From Octopus vulgaris (taxonomy: Eukaryota): 64,000 nucleotides of DNA. The DNA lies in the NCBI GenBank assembly GCA_951406725.2, contig OX597839.1, forward strand, positions 37,448,001 to 37,512,000. Direction: 5' to 3'. Under the pieces are notes generated by a model. That model worked only from the letters and a program-made list of their open reading frames with translations, did not search any database and was not told the origin of the DNA. A program made the position numbers and the translations under genes. Below, piece after piece: positions 50,739 through 62,891 of this stretch. Within the stretch, counting starts at the first letter, position 1. Every line of letters starts with the position of its first letter.

Positions 50739-51914
50739 TGTCAGAGTATCTCTCTCTTGGAAGAGCTGCTTTATTAGAAATAATTGCTTTCGAGCATTGG
50801 GCTTCATGGAGACAAAGTGGCTGAGTTCCTTTCGAGTGTTGGGGTTTACAGAGGCAATGGCCAAGATCTTTGGCATTATGTTGTGCTCGAGAAGACCTAT
50901 TAAGGCGAGCAAAAGTCCAGTTGTGGCAGATACCAGTGTCACACAAATGGCACCCATGCTGGTGGCACGTAAAAGCATCCATTACACGCTTGGAGTGATT
51001 GCGTTAGGAAGGGCATCCAGTTGTAGAAAACCATTCCAAATCAGACTGGATCCTGGCGCAGCCTTCCAGTGTGCCAGCTCAGTCAAATTCGTCCAACCCA
51101 TGCCAGCATGAATAATGGACATTAAATGATGATGATGAATGGGAGCTTGTCACTGGAACCTACTATGACAACCGAGAAAGTGGCAAAAATGTCATACCAA
51201 ATTTTGTCACTTAAATCCAGCGACCTACAGAAGATGTCTCACTCTCATTTCATTACTTGATCTGTTTCGGATTTTATTAACTAGCTTAAAAGCTGTACTC
51301 TGTGCTGGCTTTTATGCTAGGTCCTGCTGAGGGCTAATTGGGCCTGCATCCCAAAACGAAAGAGAGCTAAATAGCTTGAATATGATGCATTTATAATGAC
51401 TGTAATACAATATTAATCCTGTAATACAATCATTTTATTGTTCCAGTCCCAAGTTGAATTCCAACTGTTGGCCAATTCGTCCCAAAGTTCTCATCTGGAT
51501 GTAAAATTGACAAAGCTAATGCCATTTAATCACCCCCTTGGTCTCTGATAACATCTGACAAACGCCAACCAAGATGGTGTGTGAATCAGCCAAGCTTTTG
51601 GGTTGCTATTTCTGCTAGAAATAGCAGCCCAAATGCTTTCAAATCAGATCCAAATGCTGGATGTTCAAGAAGCAAATTTTCAAACCCGGTATCATCCTGA
51701 TTCCAAAAAGAGATATGTCTTTGTAGAGCAAATGAAGACTGTGATAGATGGGTCCTGGACAGACAGGATTTCACATTTATTGTTTTGGAAGTCTTATTGG
51801 CAATGACTGCAATGACGTAAAAAAACATATCCATACAAATGTAAGGGTGAAAGGGAATCGCAATAATCAGGCTGAATCTGAGTGGGCTTCCATCATCTGA
51901 CAAGATGGGGCAAG

Positions 51915-52350
51915 AAGGCAGCGAGCTGGCAGAATCGTTAGCAGTATTTCGTCTGCCGCTATGTTCTGAGTTCAAATTCTGCCAAGGTCGACTTTGCCTT
52001 TCATCCTTTCGGGGTCAATTAAATAAGTACCAGTTACGCACTGGGGTCAATGTAATCGACTTAATCCGTTTGTTTGTCCCCTCTGTGTTTAGCCCCTTGT
52101 GGGTAGTAAAGAAATAGGTATTTCGTCTGCTGTTACGTTCTGAGTTCAAATTCCGCCGAGGTCAACTTTGCCTTTCATCCTTTCGAGGTCAATTAAATAA
52201 GTACCAGTTATGCACTGGGGTCAATGTAATCGACTTAATCCGTTTGTTTATCCTCTCTGTGTTTAGCCCCTTGTGGGTAGTAAAGAAATAGGTATTTCGT
52301 TTGCTGCTATGTTCTGAGTTCAAATTCTGCTGAGGTTGACTTTGCCTTTC
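51915..52350 (+). mobile_element. Head-to-tail trimer of a MetaSINE-like SINE
   Basis: A unit of ~175 bp repeated through AAAGAAATAG-GTATTTCG junctions. Confidence 0.8.
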
Positions 52351-53243
52351 ACACACACAAACACATGTATACACACACCTATATCCTCTTTCACTTGTTT
52401 CAGTCATTTGACTGTGGCCATGCTGGAGCACCACCTTTAGTCGAGCAAATCAACCCCAGGACTTATTCTTTGTAAGCCTAGTACTTATTCTATCGGTCTC
52501 TTTTGCCAAACTACTAAGTTATGCAGACATAAACACACCAGCATTGGTTGTCAAGCAATGTTGGGGGGACAAACACAGACACACACACATACATACATAC
52601 AACATATATATGACGGGCTTCTTTCAGTTTCTGTCTACCAAATCCACTCATCAGGCTATACTAGGAGACACTTGCCCAAGGTGCCACGTAGTGGTAATGA
52701 GCCTGGAACCATGTGGTTGGTAAGCAAGCTACTTACCACACAGCCACTCGTGCGCCTCATCATTTAACGTCCGCTTTCCATGCTAGCATGGGTTGGACGG
52801 TTCAACTGAGGTCTGGGAAGCCAGAAGGCTGCACCAGTCCCAGTCTGATCTGGCAGTGTTTCTACAGCTGAATGCCCTTCCTAACGCCAACCACTCCGTG
52901 AGTGTAGTGGGTGCTTTTTGCGTGCCACCAACACAGGTGCCAGACAAGGCTGGCGAACAGCCACGCTCGGATGGTGCTTTTAACGTGCCACCGGCACAGG
53001 GGCCAGGCGAGGCTGGCAACAGCCATGATCGGATGGTGTTTGTTACATGCCACCGGCACGGGGGCCAGGCGAGGCTGGCGAACGGCCACGCTCGGATGGT
53101 GCTTTTTATGTGCCACCGGCACAGAGGCCAGGCGAGGCTGGCAACAGCCACGATCGGATGGTGTTTGTTACATGCCACCGGCACGGAGGCCAGTCGATGC
53201 GGCGCTGGCTACGGCCACGTTCGCCTATAAAAAACAAATGCTT

Positions 53244-53317
53244 CGCCTGCTGGGGGACATGAACCCACAACCCTCAGATTAAAAGTCTGATGCTCTACCG
53301 ACTGAGCTTGTGAGGGC
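53244..53317 (-). pseudogene. tRNA-Lys(UUU)-derived pseudogene
   Basis: Minus strand reads AGCTCAGTCGGTAGAGCATCAGACTTTTAATCTGAGGGT..GGGTTCATGTCCC..AGGCG, followed by a T-run. D and anticodon arms are intact; acceptor and T stems are mismatched. Confidence 0.8.
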
Positions 53318-53757
53318 ATATCTAATTCTTCTTCTCCAAAATGAAACCTGTTCATTTCTTCTCTTTTTTCAGCTTCCTGACATCATCAAACCTGCTGCTT
53401 CCAGTCACCTGATTCCATTACAAAGAAGAAGAAGAAGATGAATGAGGAATTAACGGGATTCAGAAGTATTATAGGGGGATGGGATGGGAGGGGCAGGGGT
53501 TAGGAGGAGGAGGAGGATATGTAGCCAGTGTGGAGGGGTATGATGACAGTTGAGGGTTAGGGCCATGTTTTTAGGGGGTACCCCGGCTGGTTTTAGTAGA
53601 GGTTACTATGACCCTGGTTTGGTGTTGGTCGGTGGGTGGGTGGGCGGGTGGGTGTGCATCTAGTCTTTGGGGGCTTTTTTTTTTTTTTTTTTTTTTTGCT
53701 TTTAAATTTTTTTCTTTAGAGCTTTGGGTGGCTGATTTTAGTGTGGGAACTTCCTGA

Positions 53758-53811
<54 letters not shown>

Positions 53812-54754
53812 GAATGTTCTGGAAGTTTTGTAGAATGAGAGGGGTGGGGTGTGGTGGGGGTACTGAAGTTTCTCTATACTGCTGCAGCTGAAAGTGTGGT
53901 GGTGGTGGTGGGGGAGGGGAGAGGAGGAGGAGAAAGGGAAGCGAGGACAAACCTGTATCTGTCTGTTAGTCACTCACAGTACACACACACACTTGCTCTT
54001 TTCTTTACTTTTCTGTGTGTGTGACTTATTTTAAGAAGTGGAGGCGATGTGGTAAACACCATCAGTGAGTGATTATTGTCGCTGGCGGTAGCGGTGGTGG
54101 TGGCGGCAGCAACGATGGTGTTGGGTGTCGTGTATGTATGTATGTATGTGTGCGTGGCGGGGTGGGGGGTTGCGGTAGAGGAAGGGGGGGGGAAGTGACG
54201 TCATGAGCAAATCATCATCATCATAATAATCCTCACAGCATTCCGTAGGAGGAGGAAGAGGAAGAAGGGAGGCAGCATGGCATTGCATGATGATGGAAGA
54301 ACACATTTTTTAAGAGAGAAAGAGGGACTTTAATAGTAGGGGGTGGGGCGGGGGGGGGTTAGATTATTACAGGTGAAAATGGCTAGATTTAGAATATAGG
54401 TTGTGGTTGTTTTTTTTTTGCGGGGATAGGGAAAGGAACTTTTTTTTTTTCCACCCCTTTTTTTTCTTTATTTCTTCCTCTCAACAACATCTGCCAGCTC
54501 TGTAAAGAATAAAAAAAAGACGATATCTCCTCTGTATCTGTTTGTTGGCCAAGGTTTCGAACTCCTGTCATCTTTGCTTCGGCAGAAAACAAAATGCCTC
54601 CTTGCTGTACGCCATTTGTTCAGTGTCTTTTTGTTTTTGTTTTCTATTACCTTAATATCTTTCAGTCTGAATAATCTTCTTGTTACACAGTATCATTTCA
54701 CAGTGGTATATATACCTGTGGTATATAATACACATGCAATCTCAATGTATAATA

Positions 54755-54895
54755 TTAGGTTGTCCCAAAAGTTCGTAAACACTTGCGAAAATTGAATTTT
54801 TACTCGCCAAGTACAAACAAAAACAACAAAAATTATTCCTCAAAATAAAGACCATTATTTTCCAAGACTTTCTACGAACTTTTGGGACAACCTTA
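54755..54895. mobile_element. Mariner-like MITE (141 bp)
   Basis: TIRs AGGTTGTCCCAAAAGTTCGTA and TACGAACTTTTGGGACAACCT, with TA on both sides. Confidence 0.85.
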
Positions 54896-54897
54896 TA

Positions 54898-55396
54898 CAA
54901 GGTGTCCCAGAATGAACTATTTCAATGAAATCAATCAAATTTTTAAAAAAAACTGACAGAATTTTATGTTTATTAATTAATTATGATACCAAAACAAGTA
55001 GATTTATAAATCTTATGACAAGACTTTATTGAAAATGTTCAACATGTGCTCCAGCTGGTATCCCTGTAAATTTCAAATCTATCCTTAACATCGAGAAACA
55101 CATTTTGAAGCATTTCAGGAATTATCTCCTGCACTGCTGACTGAATGCGTTCTTTAGGTTCAGCTAAACTATTGCTCCATCCTGGGGGTGGACGTAGAGG
55201 AAATGACTGCAGCCAAATTGGAAAAAAAAAAAAAAATGTTGTGGACAGGTAAGTGGGATCCAACAGGAATGAAAATAAAATTATTAAAAAAGATTTTTAA
55301 TTTATACACTTTTAACACATTAAACATGAAAATTAAAAATCAGTTTTTAAAAGAATTGTCTGACTTCACTAAAATAGTTTATTTTGGGATACCCTG
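54898..55396 (-). mobile_element. Tc1/mariner deletion derivative
   Basis: TIRs CAAGGTGTCCCAGAAT and ATTTTGGGATACCCTG with TA flanks. Remnant transposase C-terminus SLAEPKERIQSAVQEIIPEMLQNVF. Confidence 0.75.
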
Positions 55397-55539
55397 TATA
55401 CCACTGGAGTATATATATATATATATACATATATATACACGATATATCAGTAGTGTGTGTATATATGTGTGTTGGTGTAGTAGTATGTATATATGCAAAA
55501 TATCTATATACATATATTGACACACAATATATATGTATG

Positions 55540-55589
<50 letters not shown>

Positions 55590-55850
55590 TACATACATGA
55601 GAGATATTGATAAACCAACAACAGAAGAATGACAAAATAAAAATTTCAAAAAAAAAAAATTGTATTGTAATAAAAATTGGAATATAAAATGGTTTTGTTG
55701 TTGTGTAGCCCAAGGTCAGCCATAATCCAGTGATCTCATAACACACAGCAGGGAGATATGTTGACTGTATTTGGCTGTTGCATGTATGTTTGTGATGGCA
55801 TGCATTGCATGTATGTGAGCATGTTAGGGTGATGTGTGAGTGTGTGTGTT

Positions 55851-56059
55851 TAGGGTGTTCAAAAAGTCTCTCCGCAGTGAAATTTTTTTCCCGTCCTGTG
55901 CATCACCATGGCACTATTTCAAGAGTTTTGGCCACCAAGATCACTTAACACTGCCAGATTTTTATTTTTTTGCCTGGGGAGCAAGTAAAGGATCAGTGTA
56001 CAAGAATCACCCGAAAACCATTAAATACTTACTGTGGAGAGACTTTTTACAACACCCTA
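55851..56059 (+). mobile_element. Tc1/mariner deletion derivative
   Basis: ~28-bp TIRs TAGGGTGTT(C)AAAAAGTCTCTCC(G/A)CAGT. Internal LTLPDF..FAWGASKGSVY resembles the SPDLTPxDFFLWGxLK motif. Confidence 0.75.
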
Positions 56060-58004
56060 TATATATATCATCATCATCGTTTAACGTCCGTTCTCCATGT
56101 TAGCATGGGTTGGACGGTTTGACCGGGGATCTGAAGGCTGCACCAGGCTCCGGTCTTATCTGGCAGCCCTTCCTAACGCCAACCACTCCGTGAGTGTAGT
56201 GGGTGCTTTTTACGTGCCACCTGCACTGGTGCCAGGCGAGGCTGGCATCAGCCATGGTCGGATTGGTGCATTTTACGTGCCACCTGCCCGGAGGCGGCAC
56301 TGGCTTCGGCCACGATTCGGATGGTGCTTTTAACGTGCCAGAGAGAGAGAGCTTGTGTGTAAAGAGGAAAAAAAAAGAGAAAAATTCCTTCTTCAATATT
56401 TTTTAATTGAGAAAAAAAAAAAGGATACTAAAATACAAGCAAACATTTCAAAGATGTTTCTTTCAATGAAATTTCTGTAACCGAGTGTCTTGCTCAAGAA
56501 TAAAATACCACCAGAACAGACACAGTATGCATTCATTACAGATGGACGTGTCTGCCTCTCTATTCCTTCCTTACATTGATACAAGATCTTTGGTTGATGA
56601 GTGAGATTTTGTGATGTTCATGCATTTTTTTTTTATCAATCTTCAACACTGGTCATTTTTGTATATAACCCCGCCCTGTCAACTTGATGATTAAAAGCAT
56701 TTCAGGGGAGGGGGCCCCCCCCAACTTTCTGACATATTGTAACCTGGACTACATTATTTGATGTACCATTTCCTTTTTAAAAACATCATGGTGTGTTTCG
56801 AGTGAGACTTGACTGTTGTTTCCAGCAAATCAAGCCCTGATGTGGAAGGGCATGTCTGCACCCTGGAGATTTTTTTTTCCTCTCGTTCAGTCTTTTATAT
56901 GCCAACTTCTCTCGACAAAAATCAGCAGAATGAATGGTTTCAAGTTTTGGCACAAGGCCAGCAATTTTAGGGGAGGGAGTATGTTGATTACATGCACAAC
57001 TGGTACCTATTTTATCGACCAAGAAAGGATGAAGGGTCATGTCAACCTTGGCAGCATTTGGACTACGAATACAAAGAACAGCAACAAACACCATTAAGCA
57101 TTTTGTCCAATGCGATAATAATTTCATGAGCTTGCTGCCTTAGAAAAAAGAAATAATACAAAGATGCCAAAGCTCAGATGATATCCCTCTTTTAAGCCCT
57201 ATTTTTTTTTAGGTGAATAAGGAGAGTTGAGTGTCTTGGCAAAGTCAACAATACTAAGGAAATAGAGACCCCTGCTCTTTTTTTTTCTTTTTTTTCAATA
57301 GTACCTATTTCTTTACTACCCACAAGGGGCTAAACACAGAGGGGACAAACAAGGACAGACAAACGGATTAAGTCGATTAGATCGACCCCAGTGCGAAACT
57401 GGTACTTAATTTATCAACCCCCGAAAGGATGAAAGGCAAAGTCGACCTCGGCGGTATTTGAACTCAGAACGTAACGGCAGACGAAATACGGCTACGCATT
57501 TCGCCCGGCGTGCTAATGTTTCAGCCAGCTCGCCGCCTTCATTTTTTTCAATAGTACCAGCTCAGACATATTAAGGACCATGCGGAAGCAGTGCAGTTTT
57601 GGCCAGTTCAAAATGAGTGTTTTGTTGTTTTATAATGTGAAATTCTATTTTGGATTTACGTAGTGTGAACCAGTTTGAGAAATGGTGTGAATGAAGCAAG
57701 ACGGACGTCTGGAAAGATGGGCTTCTTTGACCAGCCAGGAAAGAGAGAGAATTAGGTGTTAATGGGTGGTCAATGTTGGTCTGACGAGGGAGACAGAAGT
57801 GGGTCAGTGTTGATCCTAACACAAAAAAAGGGGGTTATAACCCAGATATTGAGGGACAGGTTAACATACTGTCCCAGTCAGAGTAAGGTCAGCAAATATC
57901 CTGAAACTGATAACAGGTGGGGATCAACGGATTTTACTTGCAGGACCAATGGATGTTAAACCAGATAATGAAAAACAAAACTGAAAAGAGGGGTGCCGGT
58001 GTTG

Positions 58005-59021
58005 GTGGGGGAATTTTACCCCCTAGGACCTGCTGATAATGAAGACAATGAAAATTAAGGGACATGTTAACGTCTAGTGGGGAAATTTTACCCCCTAGGA
58101 CCTGCTGATAATGAAGACAAAATTAGGGGACATGTTAATGCCTAGGGGATAATTTTACCCCCTAGGACCTGCTGATAATGAAGACAAAATTAAGGGACAT
58201 GTTAATGCCTAGGGGGAATTTTACCCCCTAGGATCTGCTGATAAGACAAAATTAAGGGACATGTAAATGCCTAGGAGATAATTTTACCCCTAGGACCTGC
58301 TGATAATGAAGACAATGAAAATTAAGGGACATGTTAATGCCTAGGGGGGAATTTTACCCCCTAGGATCTGCTGATAAGACAAAATTAAGGGACATGTAAA
58401 TGCCTAGGAGGATAATTTTACCCCCTAGGACCTGCTGATAATGAAGACAATGAAAATTAAGGGACATGTTAATGCCTAGGGGGGAATTTTACCCCCTAGG
58501 ACCTGCTGATAATGAAGACAAAATTAAGGGACATGTAAATGCCTAGGGGATAATTTTACCCCCTAGGACCTGCTGATAATGAAGACAATGAAAATTAAGG
58601 GACATGTTAATGCCTAGGGGGGAATTTTACCCCCTAGGACCTGCTGATAATGAAGACAAAATTAAGGGACATGTAAATGCCTAGGGGATAATTTTACCCC
58701 CTAGGACCTGCTGATAATGAAGACAATGAAAATTAAGGGACATGTTAATGCCTAGGGGGAATTTTACCCCCTAGGACCTGCTGATAATGAAGACAAAATT
58801 AAGGGACATGTAAATGCCTAGGGGATAATTTTACCCCCTAGGACCTGCTGATAATGAAGACAATGAAAATTAAGGGACATGTTAATGCCTAGGGGGGAAT
58901 TTTACCCCCTAGGACCTGCTGATAATGAAGACAAAATTAAGGGACATGTAAATGCCTAGGGGATAATTTTACCCCCTAGGACCTGCTGATAATGAAGACA
59001 ATGAAAATTAAGGGACATGTT
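58005..59021. repeat. ~62-72-bp minisatellite, 15 copies, with an internal hairpin
   Basis: Unit AATTTTACCCCCTAGGACCTGCTGATAATGAAGAC(AATG)AAAATTAAGGGACATGT(T/A)AATGCCTAGGGG(GG/AT). Confidence 0.95.
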
Positions 59022-59316
59022 ATAGTCTTAGCTCAGTCAGGGAAAGTCAGCAAATATCCTGAAGCTGACAAGAAAGGGGTCAACAAATTTTACTCCTTTG
59101 GACCCATGGTGTGAAAACAATGTTTGGAGAGGTGGAATAAGATGAATGAAAACATAAAAAGCAAAGTCATGTTGGAAAGTCAGAATGATGTTGATCAAAG
59201 GATAAGAGATGGGAGTTTGGGTGTTTTTGCCCCATCAGCTGCCAACAAAATAAGAAACCCCAGTGGGTTGTAGCGGTGGTAAAGTGAGGCCCAATATGAG
59301 TCAGTCTGGAGCAATT

Positions 59317-59429
59317 TCAGTCACTGTTTGCCTTTCGGTACCAGAACCTAGCTCGGAAGTCATCACTGCAGGTCAGGAAAGCCGGACCGGTTGGAGAATG
59401 GACGATGGTCCGAACAACATTGTTGTGGC
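59317..59429 (-). CDS. CSTF1: CstF-50 last coding exon ([36 protein letters not shown])
   Basis: tttttctctatttcag acceptor, in frame with the previous exon. [12 protein letters not shown] is the conserved CSTF1 C-terminus; TGA stop. Confidence 0.95.
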
Positions 59430-59508
59430 CTGAAATAGAGAAAAATTATATTTTGAAATTGTTAGAAAAAGTCAGAAGACTCTACATTATTATTATTATT
59501 ACTACTGT

Positions 59509-59800
59509 GGAGGCGCAATGGCCTAGTGGTTAGGGCAGCGGACTCGCGGTCGCAGGATCGCGGTTTCGATTCCCAGACCAGGCGTTGTGAGGTTTATTGA
59601 GCAAAAACACCTAAAAGCTCCACGAGGCTCCGGCAAGGGGTGGTGATCCCTGCTGTACTCTTTCACCACTCTTTCTTCTGTCAGCCTGCTCGCTTAGCCA
59701 GCGGGGTGGCGTCATTCGAAGGGTAAAACAATGCGAACATATTGTGACCAGCGATGTGTAACTACATCTGATGGTCTGGTCGGTCACGTGATCACGTGAT
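59509..59800 (+). mobile_element. tRNA-derived SINE (family E), full length
   Basis: GGAGGCGCAATGGCCTAGTGGTTAGG..GGTTTCGATTCCC head and CACGTGAT tail, flanked by ATTATTACT-like sequence. Confidence 0.8.
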
Positions 59801-60740
59801 TATTATTACTAAGGCAACAACCTGGCAGAATTGTTTGCAGACCAGGTGGCATTTCCTCAATCTTTATGTTCTGAGTTCAAATTCCACTGAGGTCAACTTT
59901 GCCTTTCATCGTTTTGAGGTTGATAAAACAAGTACCAGTTATGCACTGGGGTCAATGTAATCGACTAGTCCCCTCCCACAAAATTTCAGGCCTTGTGCTG
60001 ATAGTAGAAAGGATTGTTATTAAGGCAGCAAGCTGGCACAGCAGTTAAAATGCTGAGCAGAATTTTGTTCCTCTTTACTAAGTAGAAGACACTTACCCAA
60101 GGTTCCTCGCAGTGGGACTGAACCCGGAACCATGTGGTTGGTAAGCAAGCTACTTACCACACAGCCACTCCTATGCCTATACTTGTAACAAATAAGTACT
60201 ATATAATATCGTGGATTTTGTAATTGGTGGAGGCGTATTTTTGTGGTTTGCCCCGGGTATGGTTTACTCTACCTACACCACTGATGACAACACAACATTA
60301 ATAAGATAAACTTACCTAGGGGTAACAAGAATAAGCAAGAATAGGCATGAACTAGGGATAACAAGATTTTGTGTTTAACTTATCCAGGGTTCATCATCAT
60401 CATCGTTTAACGTCCGCTTTCCATGCTAGCATGGGTTGGACGGTTCAACTGGGGTCTGGGAAGCCCGAAGGCTGCACCAGGCCCAGTCTGATCTGGCAAT
60501 GTTTCTACGGCTGGATGCCCTTCCTAACGCCAACCACTCCGAGAGTGTAGTGGGTGATTTTATGTGCCACCGACACAGGTGCCAGACGAGGCTGGCGTTA
60601 ACAACACTAAACTAATAAAGGTCAACTTAGAAATAAATTGAGGATAACATGAGATTGTGTTAACTTATCCAGGGGTAACAAGAATAAGGATCAACTTAAG
60701 AATGAACTAGGGATAACAAGACATGAAAAGGCCAACTTAC

Positions 60741-60821
60741 CTAGAGATAACAAGCGTTGCCGCTCCGCATTACGCGAGTCCCAACAACACAGACTGGTTG
60801 TTTTCTCATCTGGGAATAAGA
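60741..60821 (-). CDS. CSTF1: CstF-50 penultimate exon ([28 protein letters not shown])
   Basis: ctttcttttccag acceptor, GTAAGT donor, phase 1-1. The peptide matches CSTF1 [18 protein letters not shown]. Confidence 0.95.
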   Translation of the reverse strand, partial: SYSQMRKQPVCVVGTRVMRSGNACYL

Positions 60822-61874
60822 CTGGAAAAGAAAGAACAACAATGTAGCATAAGATATAAACTAGAGGTGATGGTAGTGAATGAGCATGGCCTACTAGTTT
60901 AGGGTGGTGGTGACCCCTGTTGTATTCTTTCGCCCCAACTTTCTCTCACTCTCTCTTCCTGTTTCTTGAGTAACGCTGCAATGGACTGGCATCCCGTGCA
61001 GCTGAGGGGAACACATACATCACAGAAACCGGGAAACTGGGCCCATGAGCCTGGCTAGGCTTGAAAAGGGGGCATAAATAAATAAATAAATATTGTAGCT
61101 TCAAGATTTTGATAATGCGATTGTAGAGTAGGTCTTGAGACAACCAGATTTAGTCAGTTTTAATATAAAATAGGGAGGACATTTGGACTAGATATGGCTG
61201 GCTTAAATGCTAAAGGATTAACCTAGGGTAGTTGCTATATCATAGAACCAGAGGTGGTCTCTGGAAAGGAACACAGAAAGAAACAAGGAGAGAAAATAAA
61301 GAACGTGAGAGGCGAGGGGAGAAGGTTAGATGATATATGTATGTATGTATATGGTGATGGTGATGGTGATGGTAGTGATGGTAGATAAAACAACCACTCT
61401 CTGTAAACTGAGACACAAAGAACTCTACAGTCAGGAACTGTGATCTATCTTCACATTCTGCAGTCACCCACCCACCCACCTCGCTTATCCATTTACACCA
61501 TCATCATCATCATCATCATCATCTTTATTGTAACTGTATCAGGAGACAAGAGAGGCATCCATGTAGTCACTTGCTGAGCTACCTAGAAATAGCAGCCAAA
61601 TCTCTCGCAAATCAAAACATATCATTTACAAAAAAACAAAAAGGGCACATTAAGTACAGTAGTCCTAGATACACTATGTTTGAATAACAGACGAGATGAC
61701 GACAGTTGGAATGTCTTTGATCACTGGACATGAACTAATTGATCAAAGTCCTGATCTAGCAAGACTGACCATGGGCTAAACACAACAGTATATTGTATAT
61801 TACCATGGTAACACAGTATTGTAAACAGGCTCCCTTAGAGAGAACTGTGCTGCAGACAGCCTGTCTAATAAACT

Positions 61875-62190
61875 GATAATAATAATGAAATTATTGTATA
61901 CAGTGCTCAGATGCACCACAGCTTGTCAAAAGTGCGTATAGAGTATATGCAGTAATGTAAAAATGTCTGGAAAGCGAACAATGTATGAGTCAGATACATG
62001 CTTGTGTGTGTATGGAGGGGAGAAAATCAAGTGTAGTGTTGGCGAATCTCAGGAAGCATGGAAGTTTTGAAGGATGCAGTGCTCCGACAACTGATGCTGG
62101 CAGTTTGTTCCATGCTTCGGCAACTCTCAACGTGAAAAAAATGTTTCCTGAAGTCATGGGAGCTGTGCTGTTTTCTGACTTTGTAAATAT
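61875..62190 (-). mobile_element. CR1-like LINE 3' fragment (family 2) in a CSTF1 intron
   Basis: [29 protein letters not shown], near-identical to 42420-42730. Confidence 0.9.
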
Positions 62191-62232
62191 GAATAATAAG
62201 AACACACACACACTCACACAGAAAATACTTAC

Positions 62233-62377
62233 CGTAGTCTTCTGTGTGATTAAAAACTGTCTGACTTCGATGCTCCATCTTACCAGTGGCCCCAGCTCCA
62301 GTGTAAATGATGAGGCATCGATTCGTAGACAATTCCCACAGCCGGACCAAGGAGTCTTTACCACTTGACAAGATATA
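62233..62377 (-). CDS. CSTF1: Cleavage stimulation factor subunit 1 (CstF-50), internal exon (YILSSGKDS...FNHTEDY)
   Basis: TTCCAG acceptor and GTAAGT donor. WD40 peptide [15 protein letters not shown]...YTGAG...FNHTEDY matches the CSTF1 C-terminal blades. Confidence 0.95.
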
Positions 62378-62891
62378 CTGGAACATACAACACAGCAAAT
62401 AACAAGTCTTTAATTAAGAGTCAGTGTGTGTGTGCGTGTGTGTGTGTGTGTGCAGCGTGGCCGTGTGGTTAAGAAGCTCAGCTTGCATCCATCTGGTTTC
62501 AGGTTCAATCGCATTCCAATGCCTTGTGAGTGAATTTGGTAGACAGAAATTGTGTTAAAAGGTGGCAAGCTGGCGCAGAATCATTAGCAAGCTGGGCGAA
62601 ATGCTTAGCGGTATTTCGTTTGCTGTTACTACGTTCTGAGTTCAAATTCCGCTGAAGTTGACTTTGCCTTTCATCCTTTCGGGGTCAATAAATTAAGTAC
62701 TAGTTATGCGCGGAGGGGGGGTGGTGATGTAATGGTTATCAGTAACATCCAAAACAGTGACCAAAATCATGCTACATGGAGAAAGACTTGAAACGGATGC
62801 TTTCAAGTACCAAAGATCCACTTTGACCAAAGAGATCTTAAAAGGCGATAACAAGATGCAGTTTGGCCTCAGCTGCCAGGACAGAGCTGAA

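Larger units (their letters stand above)
53373..55645 (+). other. Candidate non-coding terminal (3' UTR) exon of the SH3BGRL3-like gene
   Basis: Strong acceptor (ttcatttcttctcttttttcag) ending at 53372, which would pair with a GTAAGT donor at 48162. AATAAA near 55636 and 55668. The 3' end is uncertain. Confidence 0.45.

Noticed and set aside
53244-53317. Functional tRNA-Lys gene
   Set aside because: The acceptor stem has three mismatches plus an extra base, and the T stem is mismatched.
58030-58065. CTGATAA...GAAA in the minisatellite as a hammerhead core
   Set aside because: G8 is absent and stems I and II cannot be formed.
58005-59021. CRISPR-like array of palindromic repeats
   Set aside because: No unique spacers and no cas genes; eukaryotic context.
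62027-62398. CSTF1-LINE fusion ORF as a real gene product
   Set aside because: It reads through a canonical GTAAGT donor, and the spliced path restores the conserved CSTF1 sequence.
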